64,000 nt of DNA from an uncultured Acidobacteriota bacterium (GCA_963789075.1 CAWBJQ010000012.1:23306-87305); one strand, 5' to 3'. Positions 1 to 10,003 are shown, counted from the first letter of the stretch. Notes: generated by a model from the letters alone, not told the origin. A program made the numbers and translations.

Positions 1-204
1 GTCACGGACATCGACGCAATCACACGGTCGCGGCGGATCACGTGGCGTCTGCCCTGCCGCTCGCATTCGTCAGCAAAGCCTCGTAACGACCTCGCGCATC
101 CTTCCGTTGGCTGTGTGGCTTTCTGACACAGCCGTGTTCCATTTCACCGCACTAACGCCCAAATACGTCGCAGCCGAAATACCGGGTGCCTATGTCTGTA
201 CCTG

Positions 205-1120
205 TTGAAGCCTCACGCCAACATCGCGACCGGCCAGAGCACGGCGCGCTTCTACCTCGCCGACTGCGTTGAGGTATTCCGGCAACTGCCGGCTCGAAGC
301 GTGGACGTCATCGTGACGTCGCCGCCCTACAACCTGGGCATCCAATACAACCGGTACCAGGACACGCTGTCGGCGCGGATTATCTCGAGTGGACCAACGC
401 CTGGGTGACGGCCGCGGCGCGCGTGCTGCATCCCGACGGCTCGCTGTTCCTGAACGTGGGCGCCAAGCCGAGCGATCCGTGGACCGCGCTCGACGTGGCG
501 CAGGCGGTGCGCTCCCACCTGCGGCTGCAGAACATCATCCACTGGGTCAAGTCGATCGCGATCGATCGACGATCGGCAGGCGCGGCGGCCGGGCTGACGC
601 GCGACCTCGCGGTCGGGCATTACAAGCCGATCAACAGCGATCGATTCCTGAACGACTGCCACGAGTTCATGTTCCACTTCACGCCGCAGCGGCGCGACCG
701 CGCTCGATCGCCTGGCGCTCGGCGTGCCGTATCAGGATCAGTCGAACGTCAGCCGCTGGCGCGCCGGCGCCGACGGCGTCCGCTGCCGCGGCAACACGTG
801 GTTCATTCCGTACGAGACGATTCAGCGGCGCGACCGCGATCGGCCGCATCCGGCGACGTTCCCGTCGCAGCTGCCCGAGCAGTGCCTGCGGCTGCACGGT
901 CTGTCGCGCATCGAGGTGGCGATGGATCCGTTTCTGCGGGCTCGGCAGCACGGCGGTGGCGTGCGCGCGGCTCGGCGTCAACTTCATCGGCGCGGATATC
1001 GACGAAACCTATCTGGACGAGGCGATCGCAGCGGAGTCCAGGCACCGCCGCGGCGCGCGAGCTGCCGGCACGCGCGAAGGGTATGCGCAAGGCGAGCCTG
1101 CGCAGCGCCGAGGGGTCTGA
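205..1120 (+). pseudogene. Beta-class DNA methyltransferase (N4-cytosine or N6-adenine type), disrupted by at least 3 frameshifts
   Basis: Motif IV SPPYN (VDVIVTSPPYNLGIQY) lies at the N-terminus, followed by PDGSLFLNVG, then HPATFPSQLPEQC and the motif I region AMDPFLGSGTTAVAARRLGVNFIGADID. These pieces sit in different reading frames (ORFs 205..408, 405..1139, 724..1797, 389..1120). No adjacent restriction endonuclease is visible. Confidence 0.7.
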
Positions 1121-1176
1121 AAAGGTCGCGAAGAGTTAGAGTCAGTGCGTCCCGAGCCGACTCACCTACCACGGCT

Positions 1177-2543
1177 TACACGGAGGTTCTTCGGCCTGGT
1201 GACTCGGCGTCAGGCGGTTTCTTCGTGGCGACGGCTTCGGCGGCTTGCAGCACGTATTCCTTGCGGGCGACGACCGACAGCGCCACGCCTTTCTGCACGA
1301 CCTTCACCTGCGACCGTTCGGCGGCGCTTGGTCGGATCCGGGTTCTTCGAGTAGTACCCGAGCACGTAGTAGTCGCTCGTCTCCGCGTCGATCTGCTTCA
1401 GCGCCTTGTCGAAGTCGTTCTGATTGACGACGGCGATGCCGCCGGTCTCTTCGGCGAGCACGCGCAGGCTGTCCTGCGACTTGCGGACGTAGTCGTTCCA
1501 CTGCGTCGGATCGACCTGTTCGTCGATGTCGCTGCCCGCCACGAGCCCGCGCGGGTCGATCGTGTAGATCGTCGTGTTCGCGCGATTGGCCGCGCGCGTC
1601 AGATCGCCGAGCTCGCGCGCCAGGTCCGCGTCGGCGAATTCCTCGTTCTGCTGCTGCTGCTGCGTCGAGCGGCATCGGGCCCGAGTCGGTGCTGCCGTTC
1701 TGCTGGTTCATCTGATTCTGCGCCCTTCGCGAACTCGTTCTGCGGAACGGCGAGTTCGGATCCATCAGGCCGAGGCGCGAATCCTGGAACGGATTGAAGT
1801 CGTAGCCGTCGCTCACGTAGACGAGCGCCTTGCGGCGGTTGTGCACCTTCTCGAGATTCGTGAGCACGTCGCTCACCGTCGAGAACGCCACGTGCGCGCG
1901 ATACCGCACTTCGGTCGGCCCTTCCGCCCCCGACGGTGCCGTTGATGATGTCGCTCGGCTTCAGCTCGTTGCCCGCCATCTTCTTGATCGCTTCGTCGAG
2001 CCGCGTCGCGGTCGTAGGTCATGTCGACCGCGATCGACGACGGTCCGCTCGAGACGATGCCGAACATGTCGCCGTCGTGCACCAGATTCTTGGCGATCTT
2101 CTTGAACAGATCGCGGACGCGGCCGGTGTTCTGGAACTGCAGGTGCAGGTCGTCGACGAAGAACAGAAAGATGCGGCCCGACGTGTCGTTCATCGGCCGC
2201 GCCGGCGGCAGGATGATGCCTTCGGGCGGCGGCGGCGGCGGCGCGCGCCAGCACGTTCGTCACGCGGCCGCCGTGGCTCATCGTCATCGACACGATGTCC
2301 TGCTTGACGCCGTCCTCGTAGATTTCGAACTCGTCCTTCGTGAGATCCGGGACGAAGCTGCCCTCGGTCGTCGCGCACGATCACGTCGTTCGTGACGAGG
2401 TCGATCTGCACCTTGAACGTCGGCTTCTCGGGCGGCTGCGGCGGGCGGCTGCGGCTTTGCCGGATGCCGGCGCTTGCGCGGACAGGCCCGCCACCAGGAC
2501 CACCAGCATGACCGTGGACCAGAAACCGTTCATTTTCAGACGT
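1177..2543 (-). CDS. VWA-domain protein of the Acidobacteria-type VWFA-related family, signal peptide MNGFWSTVMLVVLVAGLSA; at least 4 apparent frameshifts
   Basis: Ordered minus-strand fragments: PEKPTFKVQIDLVTNDVIVRDDRGQ, GRIFLFFVDDLHLQFQNTGRVRDLFKKI, ALVYVSDGYDFNPF, SDIDEQVDPTQWNDYVRKSQDSLRVLAEETGGIAVVNQNDFDKALKQIDAETSDYYVLGYYS, and C-terminus VKVVQKGVALSVVARKEYV. They lie across ORFs 2190..2603, 1873..2193, 1304..1909 and 1210..1542. Confidence 0.65.
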
Positions 2544-2904
2544 CATAGCGCCGATTATACCTCTAGTCGTCGTCGTTCGACGTCTGCGACTATCGGTCGG
2601 CATCCCCTGGCGTCGATCGCGTCAGCATTCGGCGCTGCGTCGCCGGTGCTGTCCGCGGACGGCAGCCGGACGATGCCTCGTGCGTGCCTGCGACCGCGAC
2701 GCCCAGCTCGCGCCGCGGCGCCGGCGGCGGGCTCGGCCTGCGGCGCCGCCGCCTCGGCAGACAGTCTCGCGACCGGCGCCATGGCCGACTCGCGGCGCCC
2801 GCATCGGCGACCGCGTCGCTGCTTCAGACGCATCATCCGCGTCGATCGGCCGCTGCTTCCGACGGCGCGCCGCCTGCTTCGCTGCGCGCTCGAGGCGCCG
2901 GCGC

Positions 2905-3174
2905 TCACGCCAGCGCTCGACGTCGGGCGCCGGCGGCGGAATCGGCGTCGTCGATCAGCGTTTGCCAGTCGAACGCGACGTCCGGGATACTGCGCTTCGA
3001 GCGCACGCCTGCATGTCGTCGTCGAACGGCAGGCGCCCGACCTTGACCCCGGGCGGCGTGCGAAACCAGATAGAGAATCCGCTTGCGCGTCTTGCCGCGC
3101 CGGTTCGTCGTGGCTGCAACCAGATAGAAGTGCTCGTAGCCGCGTTTGTCGCGCGAGAATCTGAGGAACGGCAC
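2905..3174 (-). CDS. Small basic hypothetical protein; a frame change is likely and the C-terminus is uncertain
   Basis: The ORF begins VPFLRFSRDKRGYEHFYLVAATTNRRGKTRKRILY. A protein-like continuation WFRTPPGVKVGRLPFDDDMQA lies in a second frame (ORF 2955..3491). Confidence 0.35.
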   Translation of the reverse strand: MPFLRFSRDKRGYEHFYLVAATTNRRGKTRKRILYLVSHAARGQGRAPAVRRRHAGVRSKRSIPDVAFDWQTLIDDADSAAGARRRALA

Positions 3175-3177
3175 TGA

Positions 3178-3846
3178 CTACTTCGCTTTGGCTTTTTCGC
3201 CGCTTCGCAGGTGCAGACCTGGCTGGACGCGCCGTTTTGACGATGCGGGCGGCCGCTTTCTTCCGATCGGCCGGTGACGCCGGGGCCTTGCGCGCCGCGG
3301 CTTTCTTGACAGCCTTGTTGGGCGCCGCCGGCCGCGCCGCGCCGCGCTCGTGCGCGGGCCGCGGGCGCCGCTTCTCGCGGCTGCGGTGCACGAGCGTGAA
3401 GCGAATCTCGTCGCCGATCGTGTGATAGCTCCAGATTTCGCGTGACGTGAATCTGGTTGTCCTCGCAGAGCCGGCGGGCGACATCGACCATGCCCGACCG
3501 GGACGTACAGGTGAAACGGCGCGCGCAGCTTCGCGAAATGCGCCCACTGGGCCAGCGCTTCGAGATGGTTGACCGACTCGCCCGTCTCGACCTCGATCAC
3601 GACCTGCAGCCGATGGCCGCGCTCCTGCGACATGCAGCACGAGGTCCGGGTACAAGGCGGTGGGCCGCGACCCGACCGGCGACGTTCTGCTCGGCTGCCG
3701 GGGTTCATCCCCACCTCGTACTTCCGGCGGAACTTGGCCTGCAGCAGGCGAATAATGCGGTCGTGCTCGAGCTGTTCGCGGACCGGCCGCACCAGAATCG
3801 GGCTCACCGAACGCCTCCAAACGGTTGGATAGATCAGGCGAATCAA
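3178..3846 (-). pseudogene. Hypothetical protein with a possible PD-(D/E)xK-like core and a Lys/Ala-rich histone-H1-like C-terminal tail; about 5 frame changes
   Basis: The N-terminus is MIRLIYPTVWRRSVSPILVRPVREQLEHDRIIRLLQAKFRRKYEVGMNPGS. Core-like fragments TALYPDLVLHV and HRLQVVIEVETGESVNHLEALAQWAHFAKLRAPFHLYVPVG follow. The tail AAPNKAVKKAAARKAPASPADRKKAAARIVKTARPARSAPAKRRK ends ...SGEKAKAK* at 3178. The pieces are spread over three frames. Confidence 0.4.
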
Positions 3847-3961
3847 ACCCGTAAGTCTAACATGAGTTTTGTCAAGCTCTTCGGGCGTCGAAAGCGACTA
3901 ATTCTCGGGCATGCGCCCGACAATCGCTCGCTCGGATACAATGCTTCCGTTGCCTGCCCTC

Positions 3962-4358
3962 ATGTCCGACCGCACGATGTCCACCATCCTCATCGTCGAC
4001 GACGATGAGGGGGTGACGCCAGACGTTTGCGCGCATGCTGCGCCTGGAAGGCTATCAAGGTCCGCACCGCGCTCAACGCGCGAGACCGGCCTGCGCGAAG
4101 CGGAACGAATGTCACCCGGACGCGATCATCCTCGATCTGCGGATGCCGCTCATCGACGGCCTGGGCTTTCTGCGGCGCCTGCGCGAGCGATGCGCGCAAT
4201 CAGCGCGCACGCCGGTCGCCATCGTCACGGGCGACTACTTCCTCGACGATGCCGTGTCGACCGAGCTGCGCGAGCTCGGCGCCGAGCTGCGGTTCAAGCC
4301 GCTGTGGCTCGAAGATCTGGTCGGGCTGGCCCGCAACCTCCTCAAGGTGACCCACTGA
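3962..4358 (+). CDS. Single-domain response regulator (CheY-like receiver); about 4 frame changes within roughly 120 nt
   Basis: MSDRTMSTILIVDDDEGVT, then LRLEGYQ, VRTALNARD, GLREAERMSP, then DAIILDLRMPLIDGLGFLRRLRER..TPVAIVTGDY..FKPLWLEDLV, ending ...KVTH* at 4358. The fragments were reassembled from frames of ORFs 3911..4774, 4027..4350 and 4035..4358. Confidence 0.65.
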
Positions 4359-5396
4359 TCGACGCCGGATTCCCGATTCCTGAAAGCCTGTCGTCTGCAG
4401 CCGGTCGACGCCACGCCAGTCTGGTTCATGCGCCAGGCCGGACGCTACATGAGCGAGTACCGCGCGCTGCGCGAGCGCTATTCGCTGCTCGACCTCTGCC
4501 GCACGCCCGATCTCGCGACCGAAGTCACGCTGCAGCCGGTGCGCCGGATCGACGTCGACGCCGCGATCCTGTTTTCCGATTTGCTGCTGCCGCTCGAGCC
4601 GATGGGCATCGCGTTCGATTTCGTCCACGGCGAAGGCCCGGCGATCGAACGTCCGCTGCGCTCGGAAGCCGACCTCGCCCGCGTGCGCCGCTTCGATCCG
4701 CGCGAGACGCTGTCGCACGTGCTGCGATGCGATCCGTCAGATCAAGCACGAGCTCGCCGGCCGCGTCCCGCTGATCGGATTTGCCGGCGCACCGTTCACG
4801 CTGGCGTCCTACGCGATCGAAGGCGGACACTCCGACGTCGTTCGCCCACACCAAGGCGCTGATGTACGGCGCGCCGGAGGCCTGGCATCGCTTCTGCGAG
4901 CTCCTGGCCGACATCGTCGCCGACTATCTCGTCGCGCAGATCGACGCGGGCGTGGACGCGGTGCAGGTGTTCGACTCGTGGGTCGGCGCGCTGAACGCGC
5001 GCGACTATCGCGAGTTCATCCTGCCGCACACGCAAAGCGATCTTCGACGCGCTCGCCGGCCACGACGTGCCGACGATTCACTTCGGCGTCGGCACCGGAT
5101 CGATTCTCGGCGAGCTGCGCGAGGCGGGCGGCGACGTCATCGGCGCCGACTGGCGCACACCGCTCGACGAAGCGTGGGAGCGCATCGGCGTCGATCGCGG
5201 CATTCAGGGCAATCTCGATCCGACGCTGCTGCTCGGTCCGCTCGATCGCATCTTCGCGGCGACCGACGACGTGCTCGCGCGGGCGGGCGGGCGGCCCGGC
5301 CACATCTTCAATCTCGGCCACGGCATCCTGCCGTCCACGCCGCTCGAGCACGTCCAGGCGCTTGCGCGGTACGTACATCAGCAAACGAGAATCTGA
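4359..5396 (+). CDS. hemE: Uroporphyrinogen decarboxylase HemE; at least 3 single-base frameshifts and no identifiable start codon
   Basis: [54 protein letters not shown], then [32 protein letters not shown], then [51 protein letters not shown], then [65 protein letters not shown]. Shifts are near 4735, 4850 and 5035 (the last in an AAA run). Confidence 0.8.
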
Positions 5397-5400
5397 GCCT

Positions 5401-5428
5401 GGATTCGGGATTCGGGATTCGGGATTCG
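5401..5428. repeat. Tandem heptamer repeat (GGATTCG)x4
   Basis: ggattcgggattcgggattcgggattcg lies directly downstream of the hemE stop. A degenerate GGGATTA / GGGATCA / GGAATC series recurs at 5531..5556 upstream of hemH. Confidence 0.8.
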
Positions 5429-5450
5429 CGTTGCAAAGTCACGCGCGTAG

Positions 5451-5473
5451 GCCGGGTCTTTTTGAGACCCGGC
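5451..5473 (+). terminator. Perfect 9-bp stem, 5-nt loop hairpin downstream of hemE (terminator-like; no U-tract)
   Basis: gccgggtct-ttttg-agacccggc. Confidence 0.4.
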
Positions 5474-5561
5474 GGCAAGGGGACCAAATCGAACCGGCCT
5501 TACAGCTGTAAAGTAGCGCGAAGGCTTTAGCTGGATCAGGGATTAGGGATCAGGAATCACG

Positions 5562-6441
5562 ATGCGCACCGGCGTGCTTCTGATGGCTCACGGGACTCCG
5601 TCCTCGCTCGACGAGATGCCGGAGTACCTGACGATCGTGCGCGGGGGCCGCACGCCGTCGGCCGAGCTCGTCGAAGAGATGCGGCACAACTACCGCGCGA
5701 TCGGCGGACGGTCTCCGCTCACCGATCTCACGCACGCGCAGGCCGCCGCGCTGCGGGCGCGCCTCGGCGGCGATGTGCCGGTCGCGGTCGGGATGCGCAA
5801 CTGGCGACCCTTCATCAAAGACGCGATCGCGGCGCTCGCCGGCGACGGCGTCACGCGGATCGTCGGCATCCCGATGGCGCCGCAGTTCTCCACACTGAGC
5901 GTCCAGAAGTACGTCGATGCGGCGACGATGGCGCTGCCGGCCGGCATGCGGTTCGACACGGCACCCTCCTTTCACGAGCATCCGCTGCTGCTCGACGCAT
6001 TCGCCGAGCGGATCCAGGACGCGGCGCCGCAGCGCGACGAGCTGGTCGTCTTCACCGCGCACGCGCTGCCGCGTGCGCGTCATCGAGGCGGGCGATGTGT
6101 ACGCCGACCAGGTGGCGGCGACCGCGCGCGGCGTCGCCGCACGGGCCGGCGTGGCGCGCTACGAGCGCGCGTTCCAGAGCGCCGGCCGAACGCCCGAGCC
6201 CTGGATCGGCCCGACGCTCGACGATCTGGTGCGGACGCAGGCGGCGGCCGGCGTCAGGAAGATTCTGGTCGTGCCAATCGGCTTCGTCTGCGATCACACG
6301 GAAATCCTCTTCGACATCGACGTGCAGGCGGCGGCGGTGGCACGCGAGGCCGGCGTCGCGCTGCGGCGCACCGAGTCGTTGAACACATCGCCGACCTTCA
6401 TCGCGCTGCTCGAGGATCTCGTACGCAGAGCAATGGCGTGA
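5562..6441 (+). CDS. hemH: Ferrochelatase; hemEHY context suggests the coproporphyrin ferrochelatase (CpfC) type; one frameshift near 6070
   Basis: MRTGVLLMAHGTPSSLDEMPEYL..YRAIGGRSPLTDLT..IVGIPMAPQFSTLSVQKY..ELVVFTAHALP, then shifts to VIEAGDVYADQV..ILVVPIGFVCDHTEILFDIDV (ORFs 5562..6605 and 5917..6441). Confidence 0.85.
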
Positions 6442-6453
6442 ACGGATTGTTTT

Positions 6454-6640
6454 TGCCACAGAGGCGCCGCGAGAATTCGACGGGCGTCGCGATGCGACGC
6501 GCGCGGCCGATCCGGTCGCACAGAACCGGCCTGCAACGCAGGCCGGCCGTCGAATCGGTGCGGCGCTTCTGTGTCGTGCTTCGGCCTCGCGGAGAGGCAG
6601 CATAAGGGGGCAGTGAATTTTCTCGGTGACTCTGTGGCAA
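6454..6640. mobile_element. MITE-like dispersed repeat, copy 1, with 11-bp terminal inverted repeats and an internal GC-rich hairpin
   Basis: ttgccacagag (6454..6464) pairs with ctctgtggcaa (6630..6640). The interior (gaattcgacgggcgtcgcgatgcgacgc...ccggcctgcaacgcaggccgg at 6527..6547...gtcgaatc) is homologous to the element at 55416..55577. Confidence 0.55.
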
Positions 6641-6645
6641 ATTTT

Positions 6646-6672
6646 CTTCGTGATCTTCGTGACTCTTCGTGG
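6646..6672. repeat. Heptamer repeat block CTTCGTG x3 abutting the MITE-like element
   Basis: cttcgtgatcttcgtgactcttcgtgg. The 20-mer ttttcttcgtgatcttcgtg (6642..6661) is identical to 46163..46182. Confidence 0.7.
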
Positions 6673-6694
6673 TTGAAGGACCTCCGAGTTACCG

Positions 6695-8072
6695 ATGTCG
6701 ATGGACCTGAACGCGCCACACGTCGACGTCGCCATCGTTGGCGGCGGCATTGCGGGGCTGGCCGCGGCGTTCGAGCTGTCGCGGCGCGGCGTGTCGTTCG
6801 TCCTGCTCGAGCGCAGCGACCGCGCCGGCGGCGTGATCATCAGCGAGCAGATCGACGGCTACACGATCGACGGCGGTCCCGACGCGCTGCTGGTCCAGAA
6901 GCCCGACGGCATCAGGCTCTGTCAGGAGCTCGGTCTCGGTGATCGGCTCGTCGCGACCAAACCGCCGCGGCTCGCCTACATCCAGCGCGCCGGACGGCTT
7001 CATGCCCTCCCCGCCGGATCGGTTCTCGGCATTCCGACGCGCGTCGCCCCGTTTCTCAGGACGCCGCTGTTTTCGTGGGCCGGCAAGCTGCGCATGGGCG
7101 CCGAGCTCTTCGTGCCGGCGAAACGCGACGAGGTGGACGAGTCGATCGGAGCGTTCATCACGCGCCGCTTCGGCGCGGAAGCGACCACGTATCTCGCGGA
7201 GCCGCTGCTCGCGGGCATCCATGCCGGCGACGTCGATCGCCTGTCGATGCGCGCGCTGTTTCCGCGCTTCGTCGAAGACGAGCGGACGCACGGGAGCCTG
7301 CTGCGCGCGTTCCGCCGGCGGGCGCCGGCGACGCCGCTCCGCCGACGGTGCCTTCAGGTCGCTGCCGGGCGGACTGAGCGAAATGGTGAATGCGCTCGCC
7401 GCCGCACTCCCGGCCGATACCATCCGTCTCAAAACGACCGTCGGCGCGCATCAGCGGCGCCGGTCCGTTCCAGGTCGAAACGGGCGCCGACCAAGCGGTG
7501 CAGGCCAGCGCGGTGATCGTCGCGGCGCCCGCGTACGCGACGGCGTCGATCCTGCGCGACTACGACACCGAGATCGCCCGGCTGTGCGGCGAGATCCCGT
7601 ACGCGTCCGCTGGCACCATCGCGCTCGCGTTTCGCCGCGAGGACGTCGGGCATCCGCTCAACGGATCCGGCTTCGTCGTCCCTCGCGTCGAGGCGAACGG
7701 CATCCTGGCCGCGTCGTGGTTGTCGTCGAAGTGGCCGCAGCGCGCTCCAGACGGCCGGGTGCTGCTGCGCGCGTTCGTCGGCGGCGCTCGCGATCCGAAC
7801 GTGCTCGAGCAGACGGACGCACAGCTCGTCACACGCGCGATCGCGGCGCTCACGCCGGTGCTCGGCATCCGCGCGCAGCCGCTCTTGTCGCGCGTCTACC
7901 GGTTCGAGCGCGCCAACGCGCAGCACGAGGTCGGACATCTCGCCCGGATCGCGGCAATCGATCGCGCCCTCGCGCGGCATCCAGGTTTGTTTCTCACCGG
8001 CAGCGGTCTGCGCGGCGTCGGCATTCCCGACTGCATCACGGACGCCCGCGCCACCGCACAACAGGTGACTGA
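6695..8072 (+). CDS. hemY: Protoporphyrinogen/coproporphyrinogen III oxidase (HemY/CgoX family, FAD-dependent); 2-3 apparent frameshifts
   Basis: MSMDLNAPHVDVAIVGGGIAGLAAAFEL..GYTIDGGPDALL..RFGAEATTYLAEPLLAGIHAGDVDRLSMRALFPRF, then SLPGGLSEMVNALAAAL, then PFQVETGADQAVQASAVIVAAPAYATASIL..GSGFVVPRVE..ILAASWLSSKWPQRAP..VYRFERANAQHEVGH..GLFLTGSGLRGVGIPDCI. There is no in-frame stop before the next gene, so a further shift near 8060 is inferred. Confidence 0.75.
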
Positions 8073-8733
8073 ATGGCTCACAGCCCGTCGCGCGACACTA
8101 GGCTCGCGCGCTCCTTTCCGACCGGTTGCCCTCGCCCTCGCATTCGCCTGCGCCCTGCTCGCACACCCTGCAGCGCAGCAGCCGGTCGAGATCGGCAAGC
8201 TGCTGGCGCAGATCAAATCGGCGGACACGAGTCTCCTGGCGGTCTCCGAAGAGGACGGCCGCTTCCTGCGCACCCTGGTCACAGCGAGCAATGCCAAGGC
8301 GGCGCTCGAGATCGGCGGCGCGTACGGCTACAGCGCGATCTGGATCGGGCTCGGCCTGCGCGAAACGGGCGGGCATCTGACGTCCATCGAATACGATGCC
8401 GCACGTGCCAAAGTCGAGACCGAGAACATCCGCAAAGCCGGCCTCGCCGACATCGTCACCGTCGTGCCGGGCGATGCGTTCACGGAGATTCCGAAGGTGA
8501 CCGGCGGGTTCGATTTCGTGTTTCTCGACGCGTGGAAGCGCGACTACAAGCGCTTTTTCGACATGGTGTTTCCGCGGCTCCTCCCGCACGGCCTGTTTCT
8601 CGCTCACAACGTCGTGAACAAGCAGAGCGAGATGCGCGATTTTCTCGCCGCGATCCAGAATAGTCCGCAGGCATTCTCGTCGATCGTCACTCCGTCCGGC
8701 GAAGGCATGTCGGTCACGGTGAAGGTGAAATGA
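8073..8733 (+). CDS. Class I SAM-dependent O-methyltransferase (family 3, caffeoyl-CoA OMT-like) with a signal-peptide-like N-terminus; one frameshift near 8120
   Basis: MAHSPSRDTRLARSF, then RPVALALAFACALLAHPAAQQ..LVTASNAKAALEIGGAYGYSAIWIGLGLRETGGHLTSIEYD..GFDFVFLDAWKRDYKRFFDMVFPRLLPHGLFLAHNV. Confidence 0.7.
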
Positions 8734-9641
8734 AACCGGTCCACATCATTGGCGTGCCCCTTGACCTCGGCGGCAACCGCCGGGGCGTCGATATGGGGCC
8801 GTCCGCTCTCCGCATCGCGGGGCTCGGCGAGCGCATCGCCGCACTCGGCTACTCCGTGGTCGACAAAGGCGATCTGCCGTCGCCGATTCCAGAAACGCAG
8901 GCGCCGCGCGACGAGCGGAAGAAGTACGTCCGCGAAATCGCGAGAGTGTGCCAGCGCCTCTATCAGACGTCGCTGCAGTCGCTCGACGAGGGTGCGCTGC
9001 CCCTCGTCCTCGGCGGGGATCACAGCGTGGCGGCGGGATCGGTGGCCGCATCGGCCGACTGGGCGAAGAAGGCGCGCGACCTGCCGCTCGGCCTGCTGTG
9101 GGTGGACGCGCACGGCGACATCAACACGCCGGCCACCTCCCTGTCCGGCAACGTCCACGGGATGCCGCTGGCGGCGCTCCTGGGCTCGGAGCCGGCGGAG
9201 CTCGCACGCATCGGGACCGTCTCGCCGAAGGTCCTGCCCGCGCACACGGTGATCATCGGCGTGCGCAATCTCGACGAGCGCGAGAAGGTCGCGGTGCGCG
9301 ACGCGCACGTCCACGTCTTCACGATGAAGGACATCGATCGTCAGGGCATCGCGTCGATCGTCGAGCAGGCCGTGAGCTTGGCGGGCACCGGCACGGCCGG
9401 CATCCACGTCTCGTTCGACATCGACGTCTGCGATCCGCAGATCGCGCCAGGCGTGGGCACACCGGTCAAGGGTGGCCTCGACTACCGCGAAGCGCACATG
9501 GTGATGGAGATCGTCGCCGATTCGGGGCTGCTGATGGCGCTGGATCTCGTCGAAGTGAATCCGACGCTGGATGTGCGGAACGCCACCGCGCAGCTGGGGA
9601 CGGAGTTGGCGTTGTCGGCGCTAGGGATGAAGATTCTGTGA
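8730..9641 (+). CDS. Arginase (ureohydrolase family), intact
   Basis: The 303-aa ORF carries GGDHSVAAGS, DAHGDINTP, SFDIDVCDP. Its ATG overlaps the upstream TGA as ATGA. Confidence 0.85.
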   Translation: MKPVHIIGVPLDLGGNRRGVDMGPSALRIAGLGERIAALGYSVVDKGDLPSPIPETQAPRDERKKYVREIARVCQRLYQTSLQSLDEGALPLVLGGDHSVAAGSVAASADWAKKARDLPLGLLWVDAHGDINTPATSLSGNVHGMPLAALLGSEPAELARIGTVSPKVLPAHTVIIGVRNLDEREKVAVRDAHVHVFTMKDIDRQGIASIVEQAVSLAGTGTAGIHVSFDIDVCDPQIAPGVGTPVKGGLDYREAHMVMEIVADSGLLMALDLVEVNPTLDVRNATAQLGTELALSALGMKIL

Positions 9642-10003
9642 GGTCTCGCTGAGCATCTCTTCGAGCGTTTCGACGAGCAGCACGAGCGAATAGGGCTTCT
9701 CGATCAGGCGGGTCCGCGCTCGAAGGCGCTCGAGCTCAGCGGACTCCGACGGTACGCCGGAGAAGATGATGACCGGCACGTCGGCCGGCGTGGACACTAC
9801 GACATCGCGCCCCGATCCGCGCCGGAGCCGCAAGTCGACGACGGCGGCGACCACGCGATTCTTGCGGAGGGCATCGAGCCCTTCGTCGGCCGTCTCCGCC
9901 GTGACGACGGAAAAACCGTGCATCTCGAGAAACTTGACCAGCGGCCGTCGGACAGAGACGTCGTCTTCGACGACGAGCACAAGACGGGCGGCGTCTTTGT
10001 TCA
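9621..10003 (-). CDS. Single-domain response regulator (receiver only), convergent with arginase and overlapping it by 21 nt
   Basis: MNKDAARLVLVVEDDVSVRRPLVKFLEMHGFSVVTAETADEGLDALRKNRVVAAVVDLRLRRGSGRD... Confidence 0.7.

Noticed and set aside
2555-3820. A 421-aa minus-strand ORF rich in Arg/Ala/Gly
   Set aside because: It has the composition of a high-GC out-of-frame read-through. Only short in-frame pieces are plausible (the KA-rich tail and TALYPDLVLHV), and I used those in the 3178..3846 reconstruction. The rest is treated as spurious.
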